From IMG/VR virus record IMGVR_UViG_3300010285_000005: DNA of 40,703 nucleotides; one strand, 5' to 3'. The stretch is from a virus. The position numbers were made by a program, and so were the translations under genes. This document shows positions 32,737 through 40,703 of this stretch, in pieces. Each line of letters starts with the position of its first letter. Positions within the stretch are counted from its first letter, which is position 1. A model generated the notes under the pieces. It saw nothing but the letters and a program-made list of their open reading frames with translations. It did not search any database and was not told where the DNA came from.

Positions 32737-33137
32737 TAAATCGTCACCGCCGTTTCTGATTCGATTTCGCCGAAGATCGTCACCACCGTGAACGTGACAT
32801 TGACCTTGCCTTTGTCGGAAGTAAAGGAAAAATCCTTCACGTCCGTGATTCTGCTGTCCTGTTTCAAAGCTTCCGTGATCAATCGTTTCAGTTCCGGCAT
32901 GACCAGGGGCTTCGGCTTTCCGATCAGATCACTGAATTCAGATCCATAATTCCATGAATAAATGATGTGCCGGAAGCGTTCGGTGTTCAGGATCAGGAAG
33001 ATCGCTTGTTTCATCGCTTCGATCCCGTCAATCGTGCCGAACACGACACCACGTTCGATGTCAAGCTTGAAGGTCTTCGTCGGGCGTTCTGTGATTTGAA
33101 AATCATTTTTCAAAATTTCTGCTGTTGCCGGAATCAT
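32736..33137 (-). CDS. Baseplate protein XkdS-like (DUF2634-type)
   Basis: ATG at 33137 lies after the upstream stop at 33142. Track start is 33164. Confidence 0.55.
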   Translation of the reverse strand: MIPATAEILKNDFQITERPTKTFKLDIERGVVFGTIDGIEAMKQAIFLILNTERFRHIIYSWNYGSEFSDLIGKPKPLVMPELKRLITEALKQDSRITDVKDFSFTSDKGKVNVTFTVVTIFGEIESETAVTI

Positions 33138-33141
33138 TTCA

Positions 33142-33606
33142 TCACCTTGCCCTATCCAAAACAATAAACTTCTGACCGCCTTGCTGCCGAATCAGAATGA
33201 CTTTTTCGCCCTTCTTCAGACCAAGATGGACGATGAAAGTCTTTTTTCCTGTGACGGTGTGGGTGTGCGTCAGGTCTGTCGCCCCCGCCGTTGCCGTCGT
33301 GACATCAATGTTGTGTTTATGGTTATCTGAACCGCCTGGATTTGTCGTTCCGCTTAACCCGTGGGTGTGATCCAGATTGACCGAATCCAGTGCGCTTGAT
33401 GTGGTTTCATCGACTGTCATGTCCACAGTGAAGTCAGACACCAGGCTGGACAAAACCAGGAAGGGGGAAGTCAGAATCGTTTTCTGATCGACCTGGATTT
33501 TCAGCGGGGAAGTTTCGATCACTGTTCCGAACATGAACGTGGACGGCATCGCAGCGTTGAAGGCTTCCATCGCTGCCCGCTTCACAAGTTCGACCGCATT
33601 GTTCAC
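33142..33606 (-). CDS. XkdR-like (DUF2577-type) baseplate/spike protein with HxH repeats
   Basis: Synteny, plus DHTH, HKH and HTHTH motifs in a Thr/Gly-rich segment. Confidence 0.55.
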   Translation of the reverse strand: MNNAVELVKRAAMEAFNAAMPSTFMFGTVIETSPLKIQVDQKTILTSPFLVLSSLVSDFTVDMTVDETTSSALDSVNLDHTHGLSGTTNPGGSDNHKHNIDVTTATAGATDLTHTHTVTGKKTFIVHLGLKKGEKVILIRQQGGQKFIVLDRAR

Positions 33607-34559
33607 TGAATCAACCCTCCCTTCAGCGTCAAGTCCATCGTGTGAAGGCTTTCCTTGAAGGTGTGCTTCGCTTTTTCGACCAGCATATAAGTCTTCGGGG
33701 ATATGTCACCCAGGTTCAAATAAACTGGGATCAGCGATCCGGCACGAACCCGAACGTCGCCCCATGCGTTGTTGACCGTCAGCGATCTTGTTTTTTGATT
33801 GTACAGCCCCAGCAGCGCATCAGCTTTCGCCTGTGCGCCCGTGGGATCATCTATTTTTTCAAAATACTGAAGGACACCCCATTCGTTTATATGGCTGCTG
33901 TCCTTTGCGATGTAAATGTCACGCTTTCCTGTGTCTTTGTTTTCATAGGCAAGCTTGATCTGATTGTATGTGTCGCCGTCGATGCTGGATTCATAGCTGA
34001 AGTTTTCGCCAGTTTCGGAATCGATCAGAAGATCAAGCTTCATGCTTTCGATGTTCTTCAGCGTCAGCTTTCCGAAATCGTCATATAACACATAAAGCTT
34101 CCCCGTGTTCATCAGGGTGATTTGCAGCGCACTGTTCACGATGTCAAACAGGGTCTTGTTGTCTTCAGATCGGGCGGGAATCTTCCAGCTTGTATCTTCC
34201 AGCGTCCCACACTGAAGCCGAAAGTCAGCAGCCAGCTTCTGGATCAGTTCCGTCGCCGTCAAATTCTCATAGACATAGGTGTCTTTATTTTTGAAATATC
34301 GCAGCTGGTCATATGCTGTCACGGAAATGATCTGATCCTTGTCACGGGCTTTTTTGAACACGAAGCCATAAAACACGTTCTTCCCGTCAACCTTCAGCCG
34401 GACGGGATCACCTTCCTTGAAGTTGATGATGTCGTCTTTGATGACTTCAAAGGTCAGCTTCCCAGGCGACCCGCTTCTTGCCGTTTCCCAGGCGATCCCT
34501 TCAGGCAAAATCGGCTGATAAACCGTTCCGTTGCTTTCGATCAGAAGTTCAACATTCAT
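33603..34559 (-). CDS. Baseplate hub / late-control-D-like protein (XkdQ-like)
   Basis: 318 aa. Synteny between the LysM protein and the spike. Confidence 0.6.
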   Translation of the reverse strand: MNVELLIESNGTVYQPILPEGIAWETARSGSPGKLTFEVIKDDIINFKEGDPVRLKVDGKNVFYGFVFKKARDKDQIISVTAYDQLRYFKNKDTYVYENLTATELIQKLAADFRLQCGTLEDTSWKIPARSEDNKTLFDIVNSALQITLMNTGKLYVLYDDFGKLTLKNIESMKLDLLIDSETGENFSYESSIDGDTYNQIKLAYENKDTGKRDIYIAKDSSHINEWGVLQYFEKIDDPTGAQAKADALLGLYNQKTRSLTVNNAWGDVRVRAGSLIPVYLNLGDISPKTYMLVEKAKHTFKESLHTMDLTLKGGLIQ

Positions 34560-35242
34560 ACTGAAGCCCCCTGTGTTGGCAACGTCAGGACTTGACCGAC
34601 ATATATCAGGTTCGGATTTTTGATCTTGTCTTTGTTCAGCTCATAGATTTCTTTCCAACGTGATCCGTCACCGAAACACAGCTTCGCAATATTCCACAGC
34701 GTATCGCCTTTTTTGACAGTGTATGTCTTTGGCTTCGGGGCTGTCGTGGTTTCCCGTGGTGTTTCCACCGTCGCCGAAATCGTCGTCGCCCCCGATGACG
34801 ATGTGGTCTTCAGAATTTTTGTCCCATAGTTTCTGAATTGCAGAAGCTTGATTGAAACAGTCAGATCAAGGCCGTTGTTTGCGTCTTCGCTGATCGTGTA
34901 GTCTTCCAGACTGACCTTGATGTTCGTGTCGAACAGCAGCTCGCCGGAAGGCTTCGTCCGTGAACATATGAACTGAAACGGCTTCTTCTGTGTTTTCAGA
35001 AGTTCAAATTTATTCAAATAAAAATCTGCGGGTTTGAACCCGTCAGGGTATTTCGCAAAGGGATATTTAACCTGGGGGATCAGAAGATCGAAGCTGATTT
35101 CAGTCAACCCTGGGGACTTCAGAATGTTGACCGCACCTTCGTTGATCAGGATCACTTGCTTGTTTTGGTTTCCGATTTTTATTTTCAGTTTGGAAGGGGT
35201 GACAGGCATCTGCACCCCGTCCAGATAAAACAGATAAGGCAT
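34556..35242 (-). CDS. LysM-domain tail protein (XkdP-like)
   Basis: C-terminal YTVKKGDTLWNIAKLCFGDGSRWKEIYELNKDKIKNPNLIYVGQVLTLP is a LysM domain. Confidence 0.8.
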   Translation of the reverse strand: MPYLFYLDGVQMPVTPSKLKIKIGNQNKQVILINEGAVNILKSPGLTEISFDLLIPQVKYPFAKYPDGFKPADFYLNKFELLKTQKKPFQFICSRTKPSGELLFDTNIKVSLEDYTISEDANNGLDLTVSIKLLQFRNYGTKILKTTSSSGATTISATVETPRETTTAPKPKTYTVKKGDTLWNIAKLCFGDGSRWKEIYELNKDKIKNPNLIYVGQVLTLPTQGASV

Positions 35243-37167
35243 CAGGCCACCCCTTCCGCACTGGTTTCAAGGATTTCAAGGAAGTCTTTGTTCCACTTGT
35301 TCATCACACCGTCAATATCCAGTTCGGAATTGATGGTGTTGTTGTTCGTCTGTTCGATATGGATTTCAGCCGTCGTGAATCTGTTGATCGTTTCACGTTC
35401 GGCAATATCCCGCAGATACTGAAGGTTGTCTTCCATGATGTCCATCGAATCAGCCAGCTTCGCCGTGTTCGCAGCCGTTTCAGCGGAAAATCGTGCCGTG
35501 TCTTCAGCTGCGTCGTTCTGCTGGGCTGCTGCTCTCGCTGCGTCGATTTCTGCCTGTCGTGCTTGTGCGTTTGCAGCTGCTTCGGCCTTCATCGTCGCCA
35601 GTTTGCTGTCCCTTTCCTGGGCTGCTGCTGCGATGTCGGCTTCATACTGTGCAATTGCAGCCTTCCCAGCCTGTTTCGCTGCTTCGTTTTCAGCTGCTGC
35701 CGTCGCTGCGAAAGTGACTTGTCCAATTAGATCGATGTTGACACCAGGAATCTTGTTCAGCAGTCCGATGAACTTGTTGATGATGTCGATTGCACCGTTG
35801 ATCAGGTTCTGAAGAATTGTCAGAACTCCGACCTTCATGTCGCCCATGAAAGACGTGATCGCAAAACCAGCCTTCATCAAGGCCAGCTTCATCTTGTCCC
35901 ACAGATCGCAGACGAAGTAAACGCCAGTAAAGAAGGCGATCTTCACCCAGTCCCACGCTTTCAGGATCGCATCGACCACGATCAGCCACGCAACACGAAG
36001 ACCGCCAACGCTGTGTACCCATTTATAAATCATTCCGATGACCACACCGATCGCCACAGCGATCCACAGAATCGGGTTCGACATAAGCGAAGCAATCAAC
36101 GCCCGATTCGCTGCGACCTGAAGCCAGGTGACGGCTGTCTGGATTGTGGTCATCAGCGTGTAAAGTGCCACCGCAGCAGCCAGGCCATAGAAGATCGGTT
36201 CAAGGGTTGACCAGTTGTCGTATATCCACTGTGCGCCTGTTCCGATCGCCTGGATCACGGGCTGGAACGTCTGAAGCAGCGTGTTCGTTATGATCGTTCC
36301 GACCTGGTGAAATGTCATCGGCATGGCTTTGAATTTCTCATTCGTTTCATCAGCTGCTGCGAACATTGCGTTCTTTATAACTTCAGCCGAAAGCTGACCT
36401 TCAGCAGCCATGTCACGAATCTTTTCAACCCCGACACCCAGGTAATTTGCGACGTTTTCAAGGATCGGCTGTGCGTTGCTCATTACAGCGTTCAAGTCCT
36501 GACCACGAAGCACACCGCTTGCCAGTGCCTGTGTCAGATTGTACATGGTTGATTCAATACCGCTTGCATCTGTACCAGCAATAACGAAGGTTTTGTTCAG
36601 CAATTCGGCAAACGCAATCAGTTCGTCGTTTGACGAAAACGCCCTTTTCGCTTGCATACCAAGCTTTGACACTATGTCTGCCGTCGTCTGATACGATGCA
36701 CGGGATCGCTGTGCAGATTTGAAAATTTTATCCTGAAGTTCTGCTGTCGTCTGAAGCCCGTCATTTATTAGGTTCAGACGTGCTGTTGTCAACGTCATGT
36801 CATCAGCCAGGTTCTTGATTGCGTTTAACCCAAAAGCAAAACCCAGCGTCGCTGCAAGGTTCTTCGCAACACCCAACACACCAGACATCGAATGTTGCGC
36901 CTGACTGAATTTTTTGTTTGCTTGTTCCTGCTGTTCCTTTATGCGACGAATTTCGTTTTCAAGGAATTCCATGTCAGCGTTCAGCCTGATTATTTCGTTC
37001 CTGGCTTTCTGGATCGCACTGACATCGACGGCGTTCGCTGCTGCTTCATCGATAGCTTCAAAGCTTTGAATGACTGTCTGCAAAGCCTGATTCATGTTCT
37101 TCATCGGCCTGGACACGCCATCAAAGATTTGAATTGCAGTTCGCAGCGTTCCCATGTAAATGATCAC
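35242..37167 (-). CDS. Tail tape measure protein (TP901-type core)
   Basis: 641 aa with a coiled coil, TM-like central segments and an Ala/Gln-rich C-terminal half. The start may be ATG 37155. Confidence 0.8.
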   Translation of the reverse strand: MIIYMGTLRTAIQIFDGVSRPMKNMNQALQTVIQSFEAIDEAAANAVDVSAIQKARNEIIRLNADMEFLENEIRRIKEQQEQANKKFSQAQHSMSGVLGVAKNLAATLGFAFGLNAIKNLADDMTLTTARLNLINDGLQTTAELQDKIFKSAQRSRASYQTTADIVSKLGMQAKRAFSSNDELIAFAELLNKTFVIAGTDASGIESTMYNLTQALASGVLRGQDLNAVMSNAQPILENVANYLGVGVEKIRDMAAEGQLSAEVIKNAMFAAADETNEKFKAMPMTFHQVGTIITNTLLQTFQPVIQAIGTGAQWIYDNWSTLEPIFYGLAAAVALYTLMTTIQTAVTWLQVAANRALIASLMSNPILWIAVAIGVVIGMIYKWVHSVGGLRVAWLIVVDAILKAWDWVKIAFFTGVYFVCDLWDKMKLALMKAGFAITSFMGDMKVGVLTILQNLINGAIDIINKFIGLLNKIPGVNIDLIGQVTFAATAAAENEAAKQAGKAAIAQYEADIAAAAQERDSKLATMKAEAAANAQARQAEIDAARAAAQQNDAAEDTARFSAETAANTAKLADSMDIMEDNLQYLRDIAERETINRFTTAEIHIEQTNNNTINSELDIDGVMNKWNKDFLEILETSAEGVA

Positions 37168-37174
37168 CGTCCTT

Positions 37175-37213
37175 CTAAAAAATGAAGCGGGGAAGAATAA
37201 TCAACCCCGCTTC
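37175..37213 (-). terminator. Terminator-like hairpin between the chaperone and tape-measure genes
   Basis: Minus-sense GAAGCGGGG-12 nt-CCCCGCUUC followed by AUUUUUUAG. Overlaps the stop of the frameshift ORF. Confidence 0.4.
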
Positions 37214-37819
37214 ATCTCTTTTTTCTCTTTGCTTCCTTTTCAGCTTCTTTGTCTTTGGCGATCTTGATTTCGATCGCAGCCGTTATGAACGCCCGTTCTT
37301 CCCTGGGAAGCGCAAGGAATTCTGACGGGAACTTGTGGAATTTGTGAAGGCAATAGTATGCGATATTCGCTTCACTATCGCCTTCATTTATTAGTTTTTT
37401 GCTTCATCAACCAAGTCCTGGAACGTGGTGTCGAACCCGCAGACTTCCTGGACTTTGACCAGATATTCGGCGTATTCGCCAGGGGTCAGCATGGTCTTCA
37501 GCAGCTGATCCGCACCCATCACACCGTATGAATTCTGAAGTTCAGCGTCGTCCAGCTTCGGGAAGACGGTGCAACGTGCAGCCAGCTTTCCAAGATACAT
37601 ATTGTAATCGGTTTCCTGGGTGAACTGATTTCGCTTGCCAGGAATGGGAACACGCTTCGTGCAAGCCTTCCGAATTTCCTCGTCTTCGGCGGGGGTGATG
37701 CACTTGATTTCCCAGGGGATCGGTTTTCCATCATCGCCGATGAAGCGATTAGAAGCGACGAATTTGACGTTTTCAGGTTTCAATGCGTTCTGTGAAAGAA
37801 ATGCAGATAAGCCGTTCAT
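37212..37819 (-). CDS. Tail assembly chaperone, -1 frameshift fusion product (G/GT-like)
   Basis: The -1 frame is open for 60 codons from the slippery site to TGA at 37212-37214 (LINEGDSEANIAYYCLHKFHKFPSEFLALPREERAFITAAIEIKIAKDKEAEKEAKRKKR). A TGA lies in that frame just upstream of the slip site. Confidence 0.6.
37391..37819 (-). CDS. Tail assembly chaperone (XkdN-like), zero-frame product
   Basis: 142 aa, between the tube and tape-measure genes. Confidence 0.7.
   Translation of the reverse strand: MNGLSAFLSQNALKPENVKFVASNRFIGDDGKPIPWEIKCITPAEDEEIRKACTKRVPIPGKRNQFTQETDYNMYLGKLAARCTVFPKLDDAELQNSYGVMGADQLLKTMLTPGEYAEYLVKVQEVCGFDTTFQDLVDEAKN
37394..37400 (-). promoter_or_regulatory. -1 programmed ribosomal frameshift slippery heptamer A_AAA_AAC
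   Basis: Zero frame GCA AAA AAC TAA. The heptamer fits X_XXY_YYZ and sits at the last codons of the chaperone gene. Confidence 0.6.
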
Positions 37820-37852
37820 ATGTCTAACCCTCTTTTCTTAAAATGCCCGGCC

Positions 37853-38335
37853 TTATACCATGCCGGAAAGATTTGTGAATTCTTCGGGAAGCTCGAAATC
37901 CTCAAAGGTAAAGTCCATTTCTTCGTCCAGGTATTCGCCGTCAGCGTCGAACTTCGCCAGAACACCGCCGTCCATGTTGCAATCCTTCAGAATCACCGTC
38001 TGTCTGCCGACGCTGGACGTGGGGTCTTCGTTCGTGACCTGAATGTCGAAATAAATGTCTTCACCAGTTTCCTTGAACCGCTTCAGAAGCTTCCTGAAGA
38101 TGCTGGTGTTGTAATGGAAAGTTGCCGAACCAGTGCCTTCCCAGCCTGTGGACTTGTTACCCTTGCCCGTCTTTCCCAGGACAGGGACTTTCGCCTTCGT
38201 CTTGTCGAACTTCGCTTCCAGGTTGATCGCCTGCATGAAGTTGTAGCGTGTGCCTTCGATGGTCACATAACATTCAGCCAGGGAAGCACTGATCGCATCT
38301 TTAGCGTTCATGATGATTCTGTCAGCCATTTTCAT
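37853..38335 (-). CDS. Tail tube protein (XkdM-like)
   Basis: 160 aa, immediately after the sheath gene. Similar to the XkdM/phage-like element tube family by recall. Confidence 0.75.
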   Translation of the reverse strand: MKMADRIIMNAKDAISASLAECYVTIEGTRYNFMQAINLEAKFDKTKAKVPVLGKTGKGNKSTGWEGTGSATFHYNTSIFRKLLKRFKETGEDIYFDIQVTNEDPTSSVGRQTVILKDCNMDGGVLAKFDADGEYLDEEMDFTFEDFELPEEFTNLSGMV

Positions 38336-38348
38336 TCACCCCTTCCAA

Positions 38349-39659
38349 TTACTGCACGACGACGGTCATATAAAGCTTCGTCATCGCACTGATGACCGAC
38401 ACCTGGTCTGTGATCACGACAGCCTTCTTCGATTCGCCAGCTGCGACGGTGACATCGGCGGGGCTGAAGTTCTCGATCGCACGAAGATCGACCAGGGTCT
38501 GGTGATGCTTCACGATGTCGTTCCACAGACTGATTCTGCCGGACGGATCGTTCGGAATCTTGCCCAGGTATTTGTTGTTAAACAGCGCAGCGATGTCGTT
38601 GCCGATCTGATCCAGCACCCTGATCGTCTGGTTCTCCGCAAAGTCAGCGGACTTGCCGTCCCTGAAGCTGACGAAGGTGTTGATGTCGGACAGCACCCTC
38701 GTCTGACCGTTCACGTTATGGAACATGAATTTTCCGGCTTCGATTCCGGCGATCAGCTGCGCCTGGGTGTATGCTGTGTCGATTTCAAATTCGCCGTCAT
38801 AGACCTTGTTTGTGTTTGTCGTATTGATCGGACAGCCAGCTGCTGCGCCAAGCGTCCAATAAACAGCGGACGGATCGTTCGGCGCACCAACCAGGCCGTT
38901 TTCGACGGAAATGACACCTTCGTGATCCGCTGCGTATCTGAACAGGACGGTCTGGAACTTGACACCCACTTCGTCACGCATACGCTTCGTGAAGTTTGCA
39001 AACAGTGCCTTGATCGTTTCGTCCGTGGACAGACAGCCCAGGGCGTTGAAGGAATAGCTTTCCATCGCATCAAGGAACGTCTGATATGTGGCGTTTTGAA
39101 CTGTTCCGTTCGTGCCACCAGTCAGGGGCGTTCCGGCTGTCAGTGCCAGCGTTGCGTCGGGTTTGAAGGTCACGAAGTCATTCGCCACCAGTTCCGCAGC
39201 CGTGGAAACGGTCTGGACATCGACCAGGGTTGTTTCAAGATAGGTGCTGACATCAAACAGCGGTTTGCCCTCTGTGTGAGCTTCGTTGTATTCGATCACG
39301 ATCTTCAGATCGTTACCCCTTGCGCCCGTGTAAAGGGCATCGGCATAAACGCAAAACGCTTTGTTTCCACCAGTGTTAAGCTTATAGAAATAAACCTTTC
39401 TGGTGTTCAGGAACAGATCACGCAGACCCTTCAGCTGCGGGTGTCTGTATTCATAACCGAAGATTTTCAGGGAATTCTTCTGGAACTCCGCTGCTTCGAC
39501 GGCGAAGACCTTCCCGTCAACGCACCAGGGCAGTTCCAGGGCGATCGCAGCAACGCCACGATCGGACGGTGTTGCGGAAGCCTTCGATGCACTGACAAAA
39601 TTGATATACGATCCAGGAAGGACTTTATTTTCGCTGGTAAAAGTACCGCCACCAAGCAT
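38349..39659 (-). CDS. Contractile tail sheath protein (XkdK-like)
   Basis: 436 aa. N-terminus MLGGGTFTSENKVLPGSYINFVSA is characteristic of sheath proteins. Confidence 0.85.
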   Translation of the reverse strand: MLGGGTFTSENKVLPGSYINFVSASKASATPSDRGVAAIALELPWCVDGKVFAVEAAEFQKNSLKIFGYEYRHPQLKGLRDLFLNTRKVYFYKLNTGGNKAFCVYADALYTGARGNDLKIVIEYNEAHTEGKPLFDVSTYLETTLVDVQTVSTAAELVANDFVTFKPDATLALTAGTPLTGGTNGTVQNATYQTFLDAMESYSFNALGCLSTDETIKALFANFTKRMRDEVGVKFQTVLFRYAADHEGVISVENGLVGAPNDPSAVYWTLGAAAGCPINTTNTNKVYDGEFEIDTAYTQAQLIAGIEAGKFMFHNVNGQTRVLSDINTFVSFRDGKSADFAENQTIRVLDQIGNDIAALFNNKYLGKIPNDPSGRISLWNDIVKHHQTLVDLRAIENFSPADVTVAAGESKKAVVITDQVSVISAMTKLYMTVVVQ

Positions 39660-39669
39660 CGATTTTCAC

Positions 39670-39852
39670 CTAACCTTTCAAGAATTTTTCGATCAGCGCA
39701 TCAACATCGTTCAAGCTGTATGTCTGACCGTCTTTGAGAAGCGCACCAAGCAGATCACGTCTGTTTGAATATCGCTTCATTTTCAGGATTTTTTCTTTAC
39801 TGAAGACCACTTCCTGGGCTTCAGTTTTCTTCTTTTCTGCCACAATCTTCAC
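39670..39852 (-). CDS. Small hypothetical protein (60 aa)
   Basis: ORF track. Overlaps the upstream stop by 4 nt. Confidence 0.4.
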   Translation of the reverse strand: MKIVAEKKKTEAQEVVFSKEKILKMKRYSNRRDLLGALLKDGQTYSLNDVDALIEKFLKG

Positions 39853-40280
39853 CCCTTCATGTCGGTTGTGGTGCTTATAGACCCCATTTCATTGTCCTTC
39901 GGTGCTTCGACGGGTCTGACGATCACGTTGAAGCTGACAAAAAAGTGAAGCACCCCGTCCACCACTTCATATGACATCGACGTTGCTTTCAGCCGATCGC
40001 CGTTTGTCAGGGTGATCAATGACATTTCAACGAACAGACGGGAAGCCACGTCATGACATTCGGCGATCCCGCCCGCTTCGCTGGGGAAATACTTCACATC
40101 AAAGGGGTTGTCCCGCTTGTATCTCTGACCGATGAACTGCTTTTGTGATGGGTTTATAACGCCGATCAGGAAACAGGGGGGGTTCAAGCCCTGTTTCACT
40201 TCGTTGTCGTAAATCTCGACATCATCACCGAAAGCCTGGTTCAGCTTCATCGATATTCCGTTTATGATCTCGTTTATCAT
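39849..40280 (-). CDS. Tail completion / head-tail joining protein (XkdJ-position)
   Basis: 143 aa. Synteny between the gp10-like gene and the sheath. Confidence 0.45.
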   Translation of the reverse strand: MINEIINGISMKLNQAFGDDVEIYDNEVKQGLNPPCFLIGVINPSQKQFIGQRYKRDNPFDVKYFPSEAGGIAECHDVASRLFVEMSLITLTNGDRLKATSMSYEVVDGVLHFFVSFNVIVRPVEAPKDNEMGSISTTTDMKG

Positions 40281-40703
40281 GGGAACAGTCCCTTCAAGAA
40301 TTTTTCAAGTTTCTTTTCCAAGATGCTGACGGATTGATTGTCCAGTTCCCGTTCGGAAATGGTCAGCATAAATTTCCCCTCAACCCAGCCAGTGTGATTT
40401 CTTGTCCGATGTCCATATTCGACATACGACGCATAAGTAACGGGGTTGACGATCTCGATCCTGTAAACACCGCCGTCGTGGGTGACTTTCAGGGAATTTG
40501 CGAAGACTGTCGGATCGTTCTGACCGCCATTTATTGCGTCCTGTTCAGAATTCGCAGTCCACCCACGGCGCAGCGTTCCACCTTTTTTGCCCGCACTTTT
40601 TGGATATTGACCCACGGGTGTTCTTTTGATGACTTTCGCCAGCAGCCTTGCAGCCAGTTCCTTTGCAGCTTGCTGACAGAACACTTCCACGTCCTTTTCC
40701 TGC
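40277..40703 (-). CDS. HK97 gp10-family head-tail protein, C-terminal part (5' end continues at 188..1 via the circular junction)
   Basis: RTPVGQYPKSAGKKGGTLRRGW...YASYVEYGHRT. The frame stays open upstream of the track ATG (40690) to the window end. Confidence 0.7.
   Translation of the reverse strand, partial: QEKDVEVFCQQAAKELAARLLAKVIKRTPVGQYPKSAGKKGGTLRRGWTANSEQDAINGGQNDPTVFANSLKVTHDGGVYRIEIVNPVTYASYVEYGHRTRNHTGWVEGKFMLTISERELDNQSVSILEKKLEKFLKGLFP
40581..40703. repeat. Terminal direct repeat, right copy
   Basis: Identical to 1-123. Confidence 0.95.

Larger units (their letters stand above)
1..40703. mobile_element. Complete temperate myovirus-like phage genome (PBSX/skin-like tail module), circularly closed contig
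   Basis: Full packaging, head, tail, lysis, lysogeny and replication gene sets are present. There is a terminal 123-bp exact duplication and a gene split across the ends. No flanking host genes. Confidence 0.85.

Noticed and set aside
35430-35720. Apparent repetitiveness in the tape-measure 3' half as a tandem DNA repeat
   Set aside because: It reflects Ala/Gln/Glu-rich coiled-coil coding (AAAQ.. AEAAANAQARQAEIDAARAAAQ). No exact nucleotide period is visible.
37283-37387. 34-aa ORF (MKAIVKRISHTIAF...) starting just after the chaperone stop
   Set aside because: The translation is low-complexity. The alternative -1 frame gives a chaperone-extension-like sequence that is reachable through a textbook slippery heptamer.
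38071-38085. 15-nt identity between 9466-9480 and 38071-38085 (ccttgaaccgcttca)
   Set aside because: The second copy is inside the tail tube CDS. A single 15-mer coincidence is roughly expected by chance in a 40-kb genome.
1-40703. CRISPR array, tRNA genes, reverse transcriptase / DGR, transposase
   Set aside because: No intergenic region is long enough for an array. No cloverleaf-like sequences were noticed in the gaps. No RT (YxDD) or transposase-like ORF was seen. This was a scan by eye only; tRNAscan-SE or minced would settle it.

Overview
The window is a complete, circularly closed genome of a temperate contractile-tailed phage. Bases 1-123 are identical to 40581-40703, so the unique length is 40,580 bp. 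One gene is split across this junction.

All genes except two run on the minus strand.
- Late region: small and large terminase, SPP1-type portal, a MuF-like head protein fused to an anthrax-LF-like HExxH domain, scaffold, capsid and connectors.
- Tail region: genes in PBSX order (XkdK to XkdX), namely sheath, tube, chaperone with a -1 frameshift, tape measure, LysM protein, baseplate and fibre.
- Lysis cassette: XhlA-like protein, holin and amidase.
- Plus strand: an HTH/S24 repressor and a tyrosine integrase. The likely attP lies between int and the lysin gene.
- Early minus-strand operon: four small orphan genes and a SprT-like protease, two HTH regulators, SNF2 helicase, 3D-domain protein, VRR-NUC, a PD-(D/E)XK-Sak4-like fusion, a DUF669-like protein, a family-B-like polymerase, prim-pol/D5 primase, MazG, ThyX, a radical-SAM-like protein, an HD hydrolase and a sigma-region-4-like late regulator.

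The most unusual signals are non-coding.
1. Two copies of a 56-60 nt element have 38 identical flanking nucleotides and an internal hairpin that differs only by compensatory base-pair changes. Each abuts the stop codon of an early orphan gene.
2. A TTCAAGG/CCTTGAA heptamer is heavily concentrated in intergenic DNA. It forms co-oriented inverted-repeat promoter cassettes in front of both int and the late regulator gene.
3. A mosaic att-like copy (core plus arm dyad) sits in the terL-portal gap, 20 kb from attP.

Protein-level oddities include an apparent Lys-to-Arg change at the catalytic position of the S24 repressor, the MuF-metalloprotease fusion, and a non-canonical Cys motif in the radical-SAM-like protein.

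All calls come from reading the sequence and recalling family motifs. No database search was run.
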